A DNA stretch of 64,000 nucleotides from Gnetum montanum (Eukaryota > Plantae > Gnetophyta), in NCBI GenBank assembly GCA_015680685.1, contig MNCI01001903.1, positions 172,302 through 236,301 on the forward strand, given 5' to 3'. Position numbers and translations under genes: made by a program. Numbering within the stretch: the first letter of the stretch is position 1; every line of letters starts with the position of its first letter. A model generated the notes under the pieces. That model searched no databases. It was given only the letters and a program-made list of their open reading frames with translations, and was not told the DNA's origin. Below are positions 52,100 through 64,000 of this stretch, piece after piece.

Positions 52100-55000
52100 C
52101 TCACCACCTAAGGACCACACACAAGACAGTCGATAAGATAAAAAACATAACCAAAACCAACCACGTCCTAAACAATACAAGATAGTTTATACTCATCCTG
52201 ATGAGTATATTCTAGGCTTCACTTTTATCCTCCTTCAAGAAGAATAGCTATGGTGGAGAGACTTTCAAGGTAACATTGTATTACCCCCAGATCGATCAGT
52301 CTCTCGCATGCTTTTCTGTGCCTTGGCAGAGATTGGCATACAAGAATTATTTGCTGAATACGTTGTAGAAGACTCTGACATGAGGGATTATTATCCCACA
52401 GATGCCCAACATATGAGAGACTTGAGGTAGGAGAGTTAACATGCACTTTTGAAGGGTAAGGTCCCACACATCCTTAGCGAAATAGGAGATGAGGAACCCC
52501 TTATCACGGGTTCTTTAGCAAAGGATGTTTCCCCTCCTAATGATGGTGAGGAGGATGAGTATCATAACCTACGATCAATGATACATATCCATGGTTATGA
52601 TGCCCATGAACACCAACTGTTCATAGAGGGACCAACCACTCATGCTAAGGACGGGCACTTTGATCATCACCACGATCAGGGCCGTAGTAGCCGAAGAGAA
52701 GGCAAGAAACATCATCATGGTGATGGTTTCCCTTCTTCTTCCCCTTTTTCACATCACTCATCCTCTCGTTCCACATCAGGGCATAGCCACCATGAACATA
52801 AGGGTGAGGATAAAAGTAAGAAAGAAGAAAGACCTCGATGGGAAAGTTGAGAGAAAGGACAAGGGAAAGGACGTAGGGAGAGTAGGAAACAACGCAGACA
52901 TGACAGGCATCATGAAAGAGACGATCATGACGAGCCCCTACTCGCAACCTGAAGTATGCTTGACATAACGGAGGCAGTTAGGATTCCCACAAGGAATTTA
53001 AAGGATAGCCAGATCAAACGATTAGACATGAACAACATCCCACGGTTTGAAGGGGGATACAATGCTGATCCGCAAAATCATTTACAGGCATTCCACGATG
53101 CCTGTGCCTTGCAGAATTTATATAGTGAGTGGCAGAAACTTAAGTTATTCCCAAGGACACTCACTAAATAAGCAGAGAGTTGGTACCTATCCTTAGAGCC
53201 AGAAACCATCAGGAGGTGGAGTACGATGCTAGAACTGTTCAACGAAAAGTATCAAACGTACTCCAAAGTGTCCAATTTGCATAAGCAGATCCAAGGCTGG
53301 AAGTAAGGTACACATGAACCCTTGGATGCTACCATGGCCTGCTATTACACATTGTTACATCGTTGCCCAGGCCATGAGTACACTTAGCGGGATCAACTTC
53401 ATCACATCATGGATGGGCTAAGGAATGAAACTAGAAGAACCCTTGGGACTTATGCTCAAGGGAGACTCTCACAACTTAGAACCCATGAAGTACGTAGCTT
53501 GTTGGAACAAGTAGCAAAAGAAGAAGGTGAGCTATACAAAAGGGAAAGTGCATAAGAGTATAACCGTGATCCCTCCCCTCGAAAGAAGAAAGTGAAATTT
53601 TGTGATGAAGAGGATGAGTCACCAATCGAAGAGTTGGTGAATCGGAAGACTTTGCCAATCCAAAAATTAACAACCGAGGTATCGATGAAAGTAGACCAAA
53701 TATGGGATTCCTTAGACTCAAGAATTGAAATAGTCTTGAAAATTGTAGAACCCCCCCAGGTAGAACAAAGTAGTGACAAAGGTAAGAAAAAGTGGAGAGA
53801 TTTAGGCCCTGCACATAACAAGGGTAAGGAAAAAATCACTAACTCCGATGTGGCTGAGGATTCGGATTCAGATGATGACGGTGGATGTGAGATCTGCCAT
53901 TATGACCATCCTAAGGGATGTTTCCCCATCATCTCACATATATAGGAGTATGGGGTGTATGCACTTAATCCAAGACTCAACCAATGGAAAACACCCCGCA
54001 AGTTACCTTATCCACAAGGTAACCCAAGGTAGTTCTACCAACCCTTAACATATTATCCAAGTGGAACTCCACCACAGCCCATCGGACAGCATCAGTAGTG
54101 GCAATACCCACAGTCATGGGGGATGCCACTGCCAACACAACAGTACCCTTACTAGCAGCCCGATCCTTATGGTTATTATGTGCAGCAGCCGATTTCTCCA
54201 AGTAACTCTATGGGTCACGCAACCCCCAACCATCACTACCAAGTTCGGGAGTACTTCAGAAGGACTCCTTCTCCTCCGGGAGACATCTCACACTCGTTCC
54301 ATCCTCCTAATCCATCTGCACCTCTTCCACCACAAGTAGTCCCCATAACACCTCCTGCTCCAACAATGCAAGGGGAACTTCCTCCTCAATTGTAGTAACG
54401 TCACGCTGCAAGAGCTGTAAATATCCAACCTGCTACTGGTTCTAACAACTATAAAAAGAGAAGACCTTACTTCAAAACCAAAAGCCCAGACAAACTCTAG
54501 CAACAACAAGCGGTTGAGGCCATGTACACTCCTCCATCACCATCTAACACTTCGGAGAACCCTTCAGTACAACAGAGCGTAACACATACAGTTATGTTAA
54601 CACATACGGTTATATTAACGCATACCGTAACCGACTGGATCAAGGTAGGCCACCTTCCTAGGAAAATAACTGACCCTGGAAGTCCCTTAATCTATTTGTA
54701 GATTGTTGAAAATAAACCACACAAGGCTCTTCTTAACTCAGGTTCCATATTCAACTTAATTTCATGACAGATGTATCACGCCTGGAACCTACCCCAACTC
54801 AAGAAGAGCAACATTCAAGTAGAGCTGGCAGAAAAGTCCATCATCATTCCCTTGGGATTGGTGGAGGACATCATCACCACTCTGTGTGGTTGGTCTTATC
54901 TAGCTAATTTTTTGGTGATTGAAGTGTACAAAAATGAAGGGAACTTCCCAATTATAATGGGAAGGGCATGGCTAAGCACAATAGACGCATGCCTTACGAT

Positions 55001-55370
55001 CTGTGATCTTTCCTTGGAAATTTCCAAGATCAACATATGTGGAAAGATTGAGAAGAGGAAAGTTCCATGCATCACATACAGTGATTCATTAGGTGATGGC
55101 ATGGAGGGAATGCCTCCATGTAACAGGTGTGCCCAGGAAACATTGAAATAAAGATGCCTGTATGTAGCAACCACACAACCAGTAGCAGACACCCCGTGGT
55201 TGATAGGTACTAGAAGGAGAAGAAAAATGTGCATGGAACAAACTGAGGAAACCCATGCCAACAACGAAGGCATAGACACATTGGAATATGAGCGTCGCCA
55301 ACTTCCATCCCTCAATCTAAGATCATCAATTGGGAGAAGTTGGGCACTTTTATAAAATTCAAACAGACGC
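52100..55370 (+). pseudogene. E3 gag-protease remnant
   Basis: ORFs 52956-53171 (DPQNHLQAFHDACAL), 53592-53945 (CEICHYDHPKGC), 54771-55151 (PIIMGRAWL); similarity to E1 ends just before RT. Confidence 0.88.
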
Positions 55371-56497
55371 TCATTATTTCGGATCTCTCCCTTACAACTC
55401 AGTCATGGGGGAGATGGGCACTTATGCTAATCATATGGGGCCCTCAGTTCTTTTGAGTTTTTTTTACAATGTTTTTGTTTTACACATTTTTTTTTACAAA
55501 TTTCTTTAACTTTTCTACTTTTTTTTTTTACAAATTTCTTTAACTTTTCTCATTTTTTGTTTTACATCATCGTTATACTTTTTCAATTTTTGTGTGTGTG
55601 TGTGTGATCCACCCTGTAAGTTTGTCCCATTATAAGCATTCTTGATGATGGTATGAACTGTTTTCATATTGATTGCTAATATTTGGTTTTTACCTTTAAG
55701 TCACAATGTTAATACTAAGGTATGTTTCTTTTGATATGGCAGGCAATGAGACCACTTCATCCATCCATCCACCAATTTCTATGGTTTCTCTCGGCTTGGA
55801 AATGTACAGTCCCTTTCTAATAAGAACTTTAATGAATCGGTGACTGGGGATTTCTCAAACTAAGGAAGGACTCATGGATTGAAAAGGGTGTGACTTCAAA
55901 GGAACTTGATGCTTTTGTGTTGGTCATCCTCTTGGGTGGTTGAATGTTTCTTCTTGAGTTTTTCTACCGCTCCGATGTTACCCAATTATCGGAAGCTGAG
56001 ACAATAAAAATAAGAAGTCTTTGCATGGTGTGGTTCTCACGCATAAAAACACAAAACTCAAAAAAAAAAACAAAAACCAAGTGAGAATTCAAAGCACACC
56101 CCTTAGATGAATAAACTTGGGCTACAAGCACTGGTTATGGAACCCAAACATGTTCCTTCTAACTAAGGTCCTTCTCGCTTCTCATTCTCTCCTTTGTTTC
56201 ATCGGAATGGTGGTGGCTCTTGGAGTGTGCATTCTTGTCGCCCAAGTGGATGGTTTAACCGAATGCGTTGATGCGAAGTCACTGGATGTTGTTGGTTTGA
56301 GGTCGGAGTTGGAATGAGATTTACCAAGTCACATTAATCATCAAACACACAAGGGGCTATACACCACCTAGTTCTTGGGATTCTATTCCATTTCTCTTCT
56401 CTCCATCCTTCTCTCCATTATTCACCTCATTACCAGTTGTATCATTAGTGTATATATTTTGGTCGATGCATTGTTTTCTTTTTGGTAAATTCTTGTG

Positions 56498-56671
56498 NNN
56501 NNNNNNNNNNNNNNNNNNNNNNNNNNNNNNNNNNNNNNNNNNNNNNNNNNNNNNNNNNNNNNNNNNNNNNNNNNNNNNNNNNNNNNNNNNNNNNNNNNNN
56601 NNNNNNNNNNNNNNNNNNNNNNNNNNNNNNNNNNNNNNNNNNNNNNNNNNNNNNNNNNNNNNNNNNNNNNN
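56498..56671. other. Assembly gap (N run)
   Basis: 174 consecutive N. Confidence 0.99.
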
Positions 56672-58999
56672 NTTTTTGATTTTCTTCCTAACCCCTACAC
56701 CTTCGGTAGTCATCCTTAATATATTCCCAGATCCATATCAGCCATACCACAACCTAGCCAATGGACCTACACCGAAGCAAGGTATTAATTACATGATGAT
56801 TCATTTATCCTTGCTAATATATGATTGTGTTGTGTGTGTAGATGATGGACATATAACAATGGATTGGATCTGGAGCAAACATTTGGAATAGAGCAGCATT
56901 GAAGCAGCTATGCAAGGAGCAAGATCGATGGCACGCTTACGGATGGACAACGAATGTGCAATCTTGGCATTGGCAGCAGCAACACTTCTTTCTCTCTCTC
57001 TTTCTCTTAGCTGCCAACAAAGGCCTGATGTCATTGTAATAAGGTGTTCACCCTTGTTGTCATGAACACCAGTTTTGTCAAGTCTTGTAATAATGATCCG
57101 CTCACATGTCATCCCATTAGTTCCATTTCCCTCAATAATTCCATACCTACCTGATATTATTGTAAGGAACTCGAGGACAAGTTTTCATTCAGTCATGGGG
57201 GTATGATGAGATGTGATATCGCATGCACCGCGATATCGTGTACGCGATATCACATCGTCCCTTGCGATATTGTGTATGTGATATCGTAGTCTGCCACCAA
57301 TTCTATAAATAAGAGGTGGCACTCCCCTTATTTCTCATCCTAGGCTAGAAGTAGCGAAGCTTTGGCAATTTAGTCACTCCAGAGATAGAATATTTTCCAT
57401 GTGCCCACAGTAGGAGTCCCCAAGTGAATGGTTCTTTATTCGAGCAGCTTTGTACCTGAACGTAAGTTGTGTACAGCAATAAAGATGAGCTTTGTGGATA
57501 AACCTTGTAGTGCATGGAATAGTTTTATTATCTATTATTTCTTACATGTCATTTATTACATGCATTAGCGCGGCATGAGTACGACTTGGTTATGAGCATT
57601 GACGAATGTGTACAACTAACAAAGGAATCGGCTACTCATCGCGATTAGATTCTCTCACCTCTGTCTCCTAGAACGTGGGATGAGTACGACTTGATTACGA
57701 GCATCTTCAGATGTGTATGGCTAGTCAAGGAATCAGATGTTCATCACGCATAGGCTAGTTAGGTGCCTCAGTATGACCACTTCGAGCACGTGCGTTACGT
57801 GTGGTGATCCCAGTAATGATTAGCATTTGGTAGCCACAGTTGCATAGTTCAGGGTGTGTACGGTAAGTGGGAACGAATGCTGACGCTAGTTAATTTAGAC
57901 TTAGGACATTAGTTAGAGTTAGTTAATTTCTCAACCCTTCACCCTTTAGCATAGGAGATAAACCATAAAAGATCAAAAAAATCATATACCTTGGACTTAC
58001 TTAACCATACACCGTGACAATAACAAGTCTAGGAAGACAACGAATGATTAACCCCAAGTGGTCCATGGGGCGTTTAGGCATTTAGTCTGCAGAGTTCGAC
58101 CGGATCGCGCGTGCTATGCTCGTTTCATATGGTTAAGTGTAAGGGTACCTCGCCACTCATTACCTTGTATGATATAACTAATCTAGATAACTAGCACCAT
58201 CCTTGGCAACGGTGCCAATGATGAGTGGCGAGGTACCCTACACTCAACCATACAAATATAAGCGTTACATGCATGATTTGGTCAAACTCTACAAATGGAC
58301 TAGTTGTGGCATCTAGACAGTTAGCCTTAGGTCGTAGTTCGCTGTCTTCCCACCTGGACTAGTATTAGCTTTGTCACGTATGGTTTAGTCCAAAGTGAGG
58401 TGTATGATGTGTTTCTATGCTAATGCTACTCCTGAGGACAATGAAAAGTAATATTGACTAAGCTAAGACAGAAAGGGTGAGAGAGAATCTAGTTAGCCTA
58501 AGTGCGATGAGCATCTGTTCCTCGATTATCCATACACATCTTGGACTTCGTGCATGAATACAACTGGGATTACCAAGAGCAAATCCTAAGTATGCTATTG
58601 GGTTACCAAGTAGTCACACTTAAATCCTCGTAATCAAGTCGTACTCATTCTGCGTTAATAGGAGTTTAAGGGTGAGAGATATTAACTAAGAAAGAAATAA
58701 ATAACAATTAAATAATTAATTAATTAAACTAAGTGAATGCTGCAATGATGAAGTAATATTGATCTTTATTGCTAGTCATGTGCGTGTCCAAGTACGTCAC
58801 ACTTGAATAAAGGATGTCGTACAATTACATTCACCACACTACGGACATACACTGGGAGGAAAAGGGTTGAGAGGAAAACTACATAAAACTTAACACTAAA
58901 ACTAAGAACTAAAAAACTCCCTATCGAAACTGTCTACCTCTTATTTATAGATGAGGAGATAGGCTATGATATCACGGTTAACCAAATGGTGACTCATCA

Positions 59000-59502
59000 A
59001 TTAACATAGGATTGGCATTTATACCACAAAACCTTGCTATAGATCATTAATGAAATATCCACGAACAAATTGGCTCTTGCCAACAATAGAATCAATAACA
59101 TAATTAGATAATTCCTTTTTTGCAAAATAATTTATATTTTTGAGAGAAAATTTATGGAATTAAAAGATCCTCTCCTCGCTGAAAACCTAAGGCTATTCAA
59201 ATATCAAAAGGAAGGATTGTTATTACTCCAAAAACTAACTAGGAAGTGGAACTTTTCTTACTATTATACTATTCACATCATTCCATGAGAACATCTTTGC
59301 ATTGGAAGAGTTTAAAAACTAGGAAGACAAGTAAATCAAATGACCTTGAAGTTTTAAGGTACTGAAACCCCTTCTTCTCAAGTAAGCTACAAACACAATC
59401 AGAATCAAATAGTACATTATTTTGATGCAAAATAATAGTGGTTGATTTAGAGCTACCTAAAAGAGCATGAGATAGGGATGAAAATTGATGCTTTGGGGCC
59501 AT
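59000..59502 (-). pseudogene. 5' part of the spliced gene continuing at 43265 (starts MAPK...)
   Basis: ORF 59278-59544 contains MAPKHQFSS..LLEKKGFQYL..DLLVFLVFKLF, then GVITILPFDI*IALGF; contiguous with 43265 once E2 is removed at its TSD. Confidence 0.45.
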
Positions 59503-61339
59503 GATGAGGATGGTTAGAATCCTTTGATGGTAGAAAATCTTCAAGCTTCTCCACTAATAGAATCCTTCAATCTTCTACTAATGTTGAGTTGTAATGGGCA
59601 AAGTCTTTCTTCTTCTCACATTAATAATAGAACAATAAAAATCTTAACAAGAGTAAAGAGGAAGTTTTAACTTAAGTTAATGAAGGATTTAATAAAGCTA
59701 ATGCTTAATTTTTTTGATTATGTGATTTTTAGATTCACTAAAATGGCATTATCTCCAGCTCAACACATAGTGCTCTCTAAGATGATTCCAATGATACTAA
59801 TTTTGTCAAAATTTGACTTACGGTTTGGGAGATACAACAATCTCTAGGTTATGTATAATTTTAAAATTTAAAAAGTATATATTTTTAATAAATTTTGATT
59901 TTAATTTTGAAAAAAATGCTTTTTTAAATTTTAAATTTTAAATTTTTATTTAAAAAAAAGGGGGTTGAAGGTCTTGGATTTGATTCTGAGCCTCAACTTC
60001 TTAAAATTTTTTATATATAAAAATTTTAAAAACCCCAAACCCTCTACAAGGTCATGCTGCTAGCCATGGTTGGAGGCCCCAAAGGGATTGGCCCCAAGTG
60101 TAGCCATGCATCGTGCATTACCTATTCCCACCATGCTACACTTGTGCTTGCCATCAGGCCACCCATTGCCCATAGCTATGTGCCTGCTGCCCACCACTGT
60201 GTGCATGCTACCCATCATCGTGCACCCGCTACCTTGTCATCCACTATTGCACCATGCCCTACAACTATCGCCACGTTGTCTGCTACTCCTATTTCTCTAC
60301 ATCGTCTACTTGCCTGTGCATCCCTAGCCACCTTTAGAGTTGTGGATCATTGCCTTCAATGTCATCGATCATCACCTCCCCTATCGCTGATCATCACCTC
60401 TCCTAACATCATCAATCATTGCCTCTTTTGGTAGGATGCGCCATGTTGACCTTGTTTAGCTACACACACCAACAAAAGCTGTGTAAGCCCTACATGGACC
60501 ATGAAAGCCAGTGATGGACGGCATTGGCAATAAAAAGAGACATGTAGGCCCAGTAGAAGGGCTATGTAGGCACAATGGAGGGCCACATAGACCCTAGGAA
60601 GGCCCAAGAAAATGTCCACCATCACCAAGCATAGCCATCGATGTCACCAGCAGCCTCCCTAGACTCTGCTGCCAGCATGCCACTATAGCTATTACTACCA
60701 TCATCCTTGTTGCTATGTAATGGGAAAGTTTTCCATCATCAAATGGGAAATTTAAAATTCTCATCAACTGAAAGAAATTTCAAAATGCCTATCAATTGAT
60801 GGAAAAATTTAAAACTTTCATCATCAAATCATGATTTTAAATTAAAAACACACAAAAGTAATTTTCAAAAATTGAAAATTAGCAACTTGGTAATAACAAG
60901 GATAAAAAATTTATCATTAAGCTTGCTCATCTTGGACTAGAATTGGGATGGATGAACTCTAGGAAGTCTTGAAAAATGTGCAAGTTTTTTTGTAAATTTA
61001 AAAAAACTATAACTTTTGAATTTGAAGTCTATTTTCAACTAAACAAAAATTGATTCTAATAGATTTGAGCCTTATGAACTTAATGGAACTATTAGATTTA
61101 GCTTTCAAATTATAGAAAATTAGCATTTTAATCCATTATTTTAGGTCCCAAAAATAATTAGGTTTCGGTGCTCGAGAAGAAATCCATGATAATTTCAACT
61201 TCTTCTGCAACTGATTAACTATTTCAAGACCCATAAAAAGGGCCATAGAAGCAAAGGATTGCATACATGCCTAATTTCTTCAACTTACCGATGTCCAAAC
61301 CCCAAAGAATAAAATAGAGAGCAATGAAGGCCTGAGTCA

Positions 61340-64000
61340 ATGATTGGATGAATGCCCTTGAAGATCAAATTAATGAGATCAGGGGTGTTCAAGAAGATCT
61401 TTGTTAGTCAAATCAAGGGTTTAGGACAAAGATGAAAAATATTTCTAAGAAAATTAGGAAAATGTCCCAAAGGTTAGAGGATAAATGGTTATATTTGTAA
61501 GGAAAAATGGATTCTTTTACAAACTTGATTAATCAATTAGCAAACCATCTCACTCAATCTTTAAATCCTACCCACGTTCCACCTAGGGATCAACATCAAG
61601 ATCAAGATCAACTTTCCCCTAAAGATCCGCACTAAAATCAACCTCCACCTATTGGTCAACAAGATATCAAAATTCCTCCTTAGGGTCATAGAGTAGAAAC
61701 TAAAGGTGAGGGATATGGGAACTAGCTTAATCCACCTAGAGAATCACTAACACAAGTTCATGCCAAGAAAGTAAGATTAGATCATTATAATGGAGCCTTG
61801 GGATTTAGTGTCAAGGTGAAGGATTGGCTTGATAAAATCAAAAACTACTTCAATATGTTGAACTTGTCAAGCCAAGAATGTTTAGAAGTTGTCTCATTAT
61901 ATTGAAGAGGACTTGCAATAACATGGTGGAATGGACTAATATATCAAGGTTTGATTACAAATTGGTTTAATTTTTGTCAAGATTTTGAACAAAAATTTGT
62001 AAGTGATTCTTTCCTCAAAGAGTGGAAAATAAGATTTGATTCCTTAAGATTGGGAAGATGATCCGTAGATGATTACTAGAAGAAATTCTATGATCATTCT
62101 TGGTATGTAAGCCACCAGGATGAGGGAGAATTACCTTCAAATTTCATTAATGAACTACATGCTCAACTACATCCCCAAACACGAGCCCATAATCCTCAAA
62201 CCATAGATGAAGCATACAGAATTACTAAGGATTATGAAGAATTGAATCATATATGAGCTACCCTTTGACAAACAACTTTTGACAAGGTACCCTTCCACAA
62301 GAAATGGTAGAGGAAACACCAATCAAAAGAGCACAATCAAGATTAGGATGTTTTGTTTGTGGTGAAGATCATTTCAAACAAAACTGTTCAAAATTGCAAA
62401 CAAAGGTACAAAGGATCAATCAAACCAAGAACCAAAAACCCAATCCAAATATGAACAAAGGAAAAATCTTAACCACCATCACAACTATGAAGAAGATATC
62501 TAGATCAACTAAATTAGGTTTGCGTAAATTTCAATTTGCTTTACTGATTTTTGAAGGTTCAATTAAAGGTTAACAAATTAAATTTTTGATTGATAGTGAT
62601 GCTAGTGAGGAAGCATACCAGGTATGGAGAAATTAACTTTACTTTGCAAAACATGTCTTTCGTTGATGAATTCTTTGAATTTGAACAAGGTGATGTTGAT
62701 GCAAGTTTAGGAATGTCTTTCCTACAAAAATTTGATATTATTGTCCACTTTGGAACTCATATTTTAAAAGTCCCAACCACTAATAGAGTTAGGGTTTTAA
62801 GGGGGGTTGAACAACAAGGCAAATACATATGATAATCATTAAGTAAGCCAAAAGATTAGTTGAAAAAGGTGCTATGATGTTGATTGTCAAAGTAATCCAA
62901 CCTCAGAGATCTTTAGGTATTGAGATTCCAAAAGAACTTAAGGAATATAAAGATTCAGTATCTGTTGAAACTAGAGAACCACCTTCAAAAGGAACTATTA
63001 AGCATGCTATTGATATTTTTCCTAATACACAACCTATTTCAAAAGCCCCTTATATATTTTCTACTTCTATAATAAGAGAATTGAAAGTAGAACTAGACCA
63101 ATTATTAGAAACTGGGAAAATTTGACCTAGCATATCACCTTGGGGTGCACCAATCTTATTTATTAAAAAAAAGGTACATTATGATTATGCATTGCTTATA
63201 GGACATTGAATAAAGTGATGATTAAAAATACTTACCCTTTGCCTAGGATCAATAATTTGTTTGATCAACTTACAAGTGCATGTTATTTTTCAAAAATTGA
63301 TTTAAAATCAAGTTATCACTAAATAAGGATTAAGAAGAAAGATATTGAGAAAACTACTTTTAGAACTAGGTATGGATTATACGATTTTTTTGTGATTTTT
63401 TTTGGATTAACTAATACACCTGCAACATTCATGGCATTAATGAATAATATTTTTCGTGAATATCTTGATCAATTTGTTATAGTATTTATGGATGATATAC
63501 TTGTTTATTCTAAGTCAAGAGAAGAACATGTTAAACATTTAAAAATTAAAATGAAAATTATTAAAGAGCATCAATTAAAACCTAAATTGAGTAAATGTAA
63601 ACTCTTAAATAATAAGTTTCATACTTGGGCCATATAGTTTCTAAGAAAGGATTGTAAGTAGATCCAATAAAAGTTAGTGTGATCTGGGACTAGCCTAAAT
63701 TAAAAGATGCTATAGTAGTTCAAAATCTCTTGGGTTTAGCTAGTTTTATCGATGTTTCATTAAAGATTATTCTATTTTGGTAGCCCCATTGACTGACCTT
63801 TTGCAAGAAAAACATGTGTTTAAGTTTGATGAAAAATGCTGGAAAGCTTTCCTTAAATTAAAGATGTTACTCACAACAGCTATTATTCTGAGAATTCTGG
63901 ATGAAGAATTACCATTTGAAGTATCCATGGATGCATGTGGAATAGGAATTAGTGTAGTTCTTTCATAAGAAGATAAAGTGGTATGTTATGAATCTCATAA
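61340..64000 (+). mobile_element. Chromovirus-like Ty3/gypsy gag-pol remnant, truncated by the window edge
   Basis: Gag (VKDWLDKIKNYF..AITWW), knuckle CFVCGEDHFKQNC, protease FLIDSDAS, RT SPWGAPILF / [13 protein letters not shown] / FGLTNTPATFM / VFMDDILVYSKS, RNase H DACGIGI. Confidence 0.92.

Larger units (their letters stand above)
50961..58162 (+). mobile_element. Non-autonomous Athila-like element E3 (gag + protease only), nested in E2
   Basis: LTRs 50961-51936 and 57204-58162; perfect TSD CCTTG; PBS TTGGCACTGTTGCCAAGGA; PPT CAGTCATGGGGGTA. Confidence 0.95.
43266..58999 (-). mobile_element. Non-autonomous Athila-like element E2 (gag + env-like, no pol), hosting nested E3
   Basis: LTRs 58219-58999 (5') and 43266-44047 (3'); perfect TSD ATTAA; PBS TTGGCACCGTTGCCAAGGA at 58200-58218; PPT CAGTCGTGGGGGTA at 44048-44061. 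Confidence 0.95.

Noticed and set aside
52449-52850. His-rich ORF as a metal-binding protein
   Set aside because: Part of the gag N-terminal low-complexity region; many CAT/CAC codons are plausibly decayed Arg CGT/CGC.
56357-56891. ORFs containing long X runs
   Set aside because: Artefacts of the N gap.
60054-60628. Ala/His/Pro-rich ORFs
   Set aside because: GC-rich low-complexity DNA open in several frames; no recognisable domain.

Overview
AT-rich, repeat-dense land-plant nuclear DNA (lineage cannot be fixed from sequence alone) with no intact host gene; almost every coding remnant carries stops of the C>T/G>A deamination type. Left half (~1.6-35 kb): a decayed Helitron2/Helentron-type Rep-helicase (minus, ~29.2-33.6 kb) with an intron-containing RPA70-like gene, and next to it a compact, equally AT-rich gene cluster: a spliced LONELY GUY (cytokinin-activating) gene, a spliced type-B response regulator (cytokinin-output transcription factor), a GR-repeat/AT-hook protein and two aromatic-rich unknown ORFs. 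The RPA gene is split by a full-length 13-kb Athila-like Ty3/gypsy element (tRNA-Asp PBS, gag-pol, internal PPT, env-like ORF). Right half: a chitinase-like (CTL) first-exon fragment, a truncated Ty1/copia, a solo LTR, two nested pol-less Athila derivatives with perfect TSDs (gag+env-like; gag+protease), a spliced antisense gene broken by these insertions, and a chromovirus-like gag-pol running off the right end. Best candidate for an undescribed system: a rolling-circle transposon apparently carrying a cytokinin activation+response module (LOG + type-B RR); physical inclusion in the element is inferred, not proven. All protein calls are from manual translation and motif recognition, not database searches.
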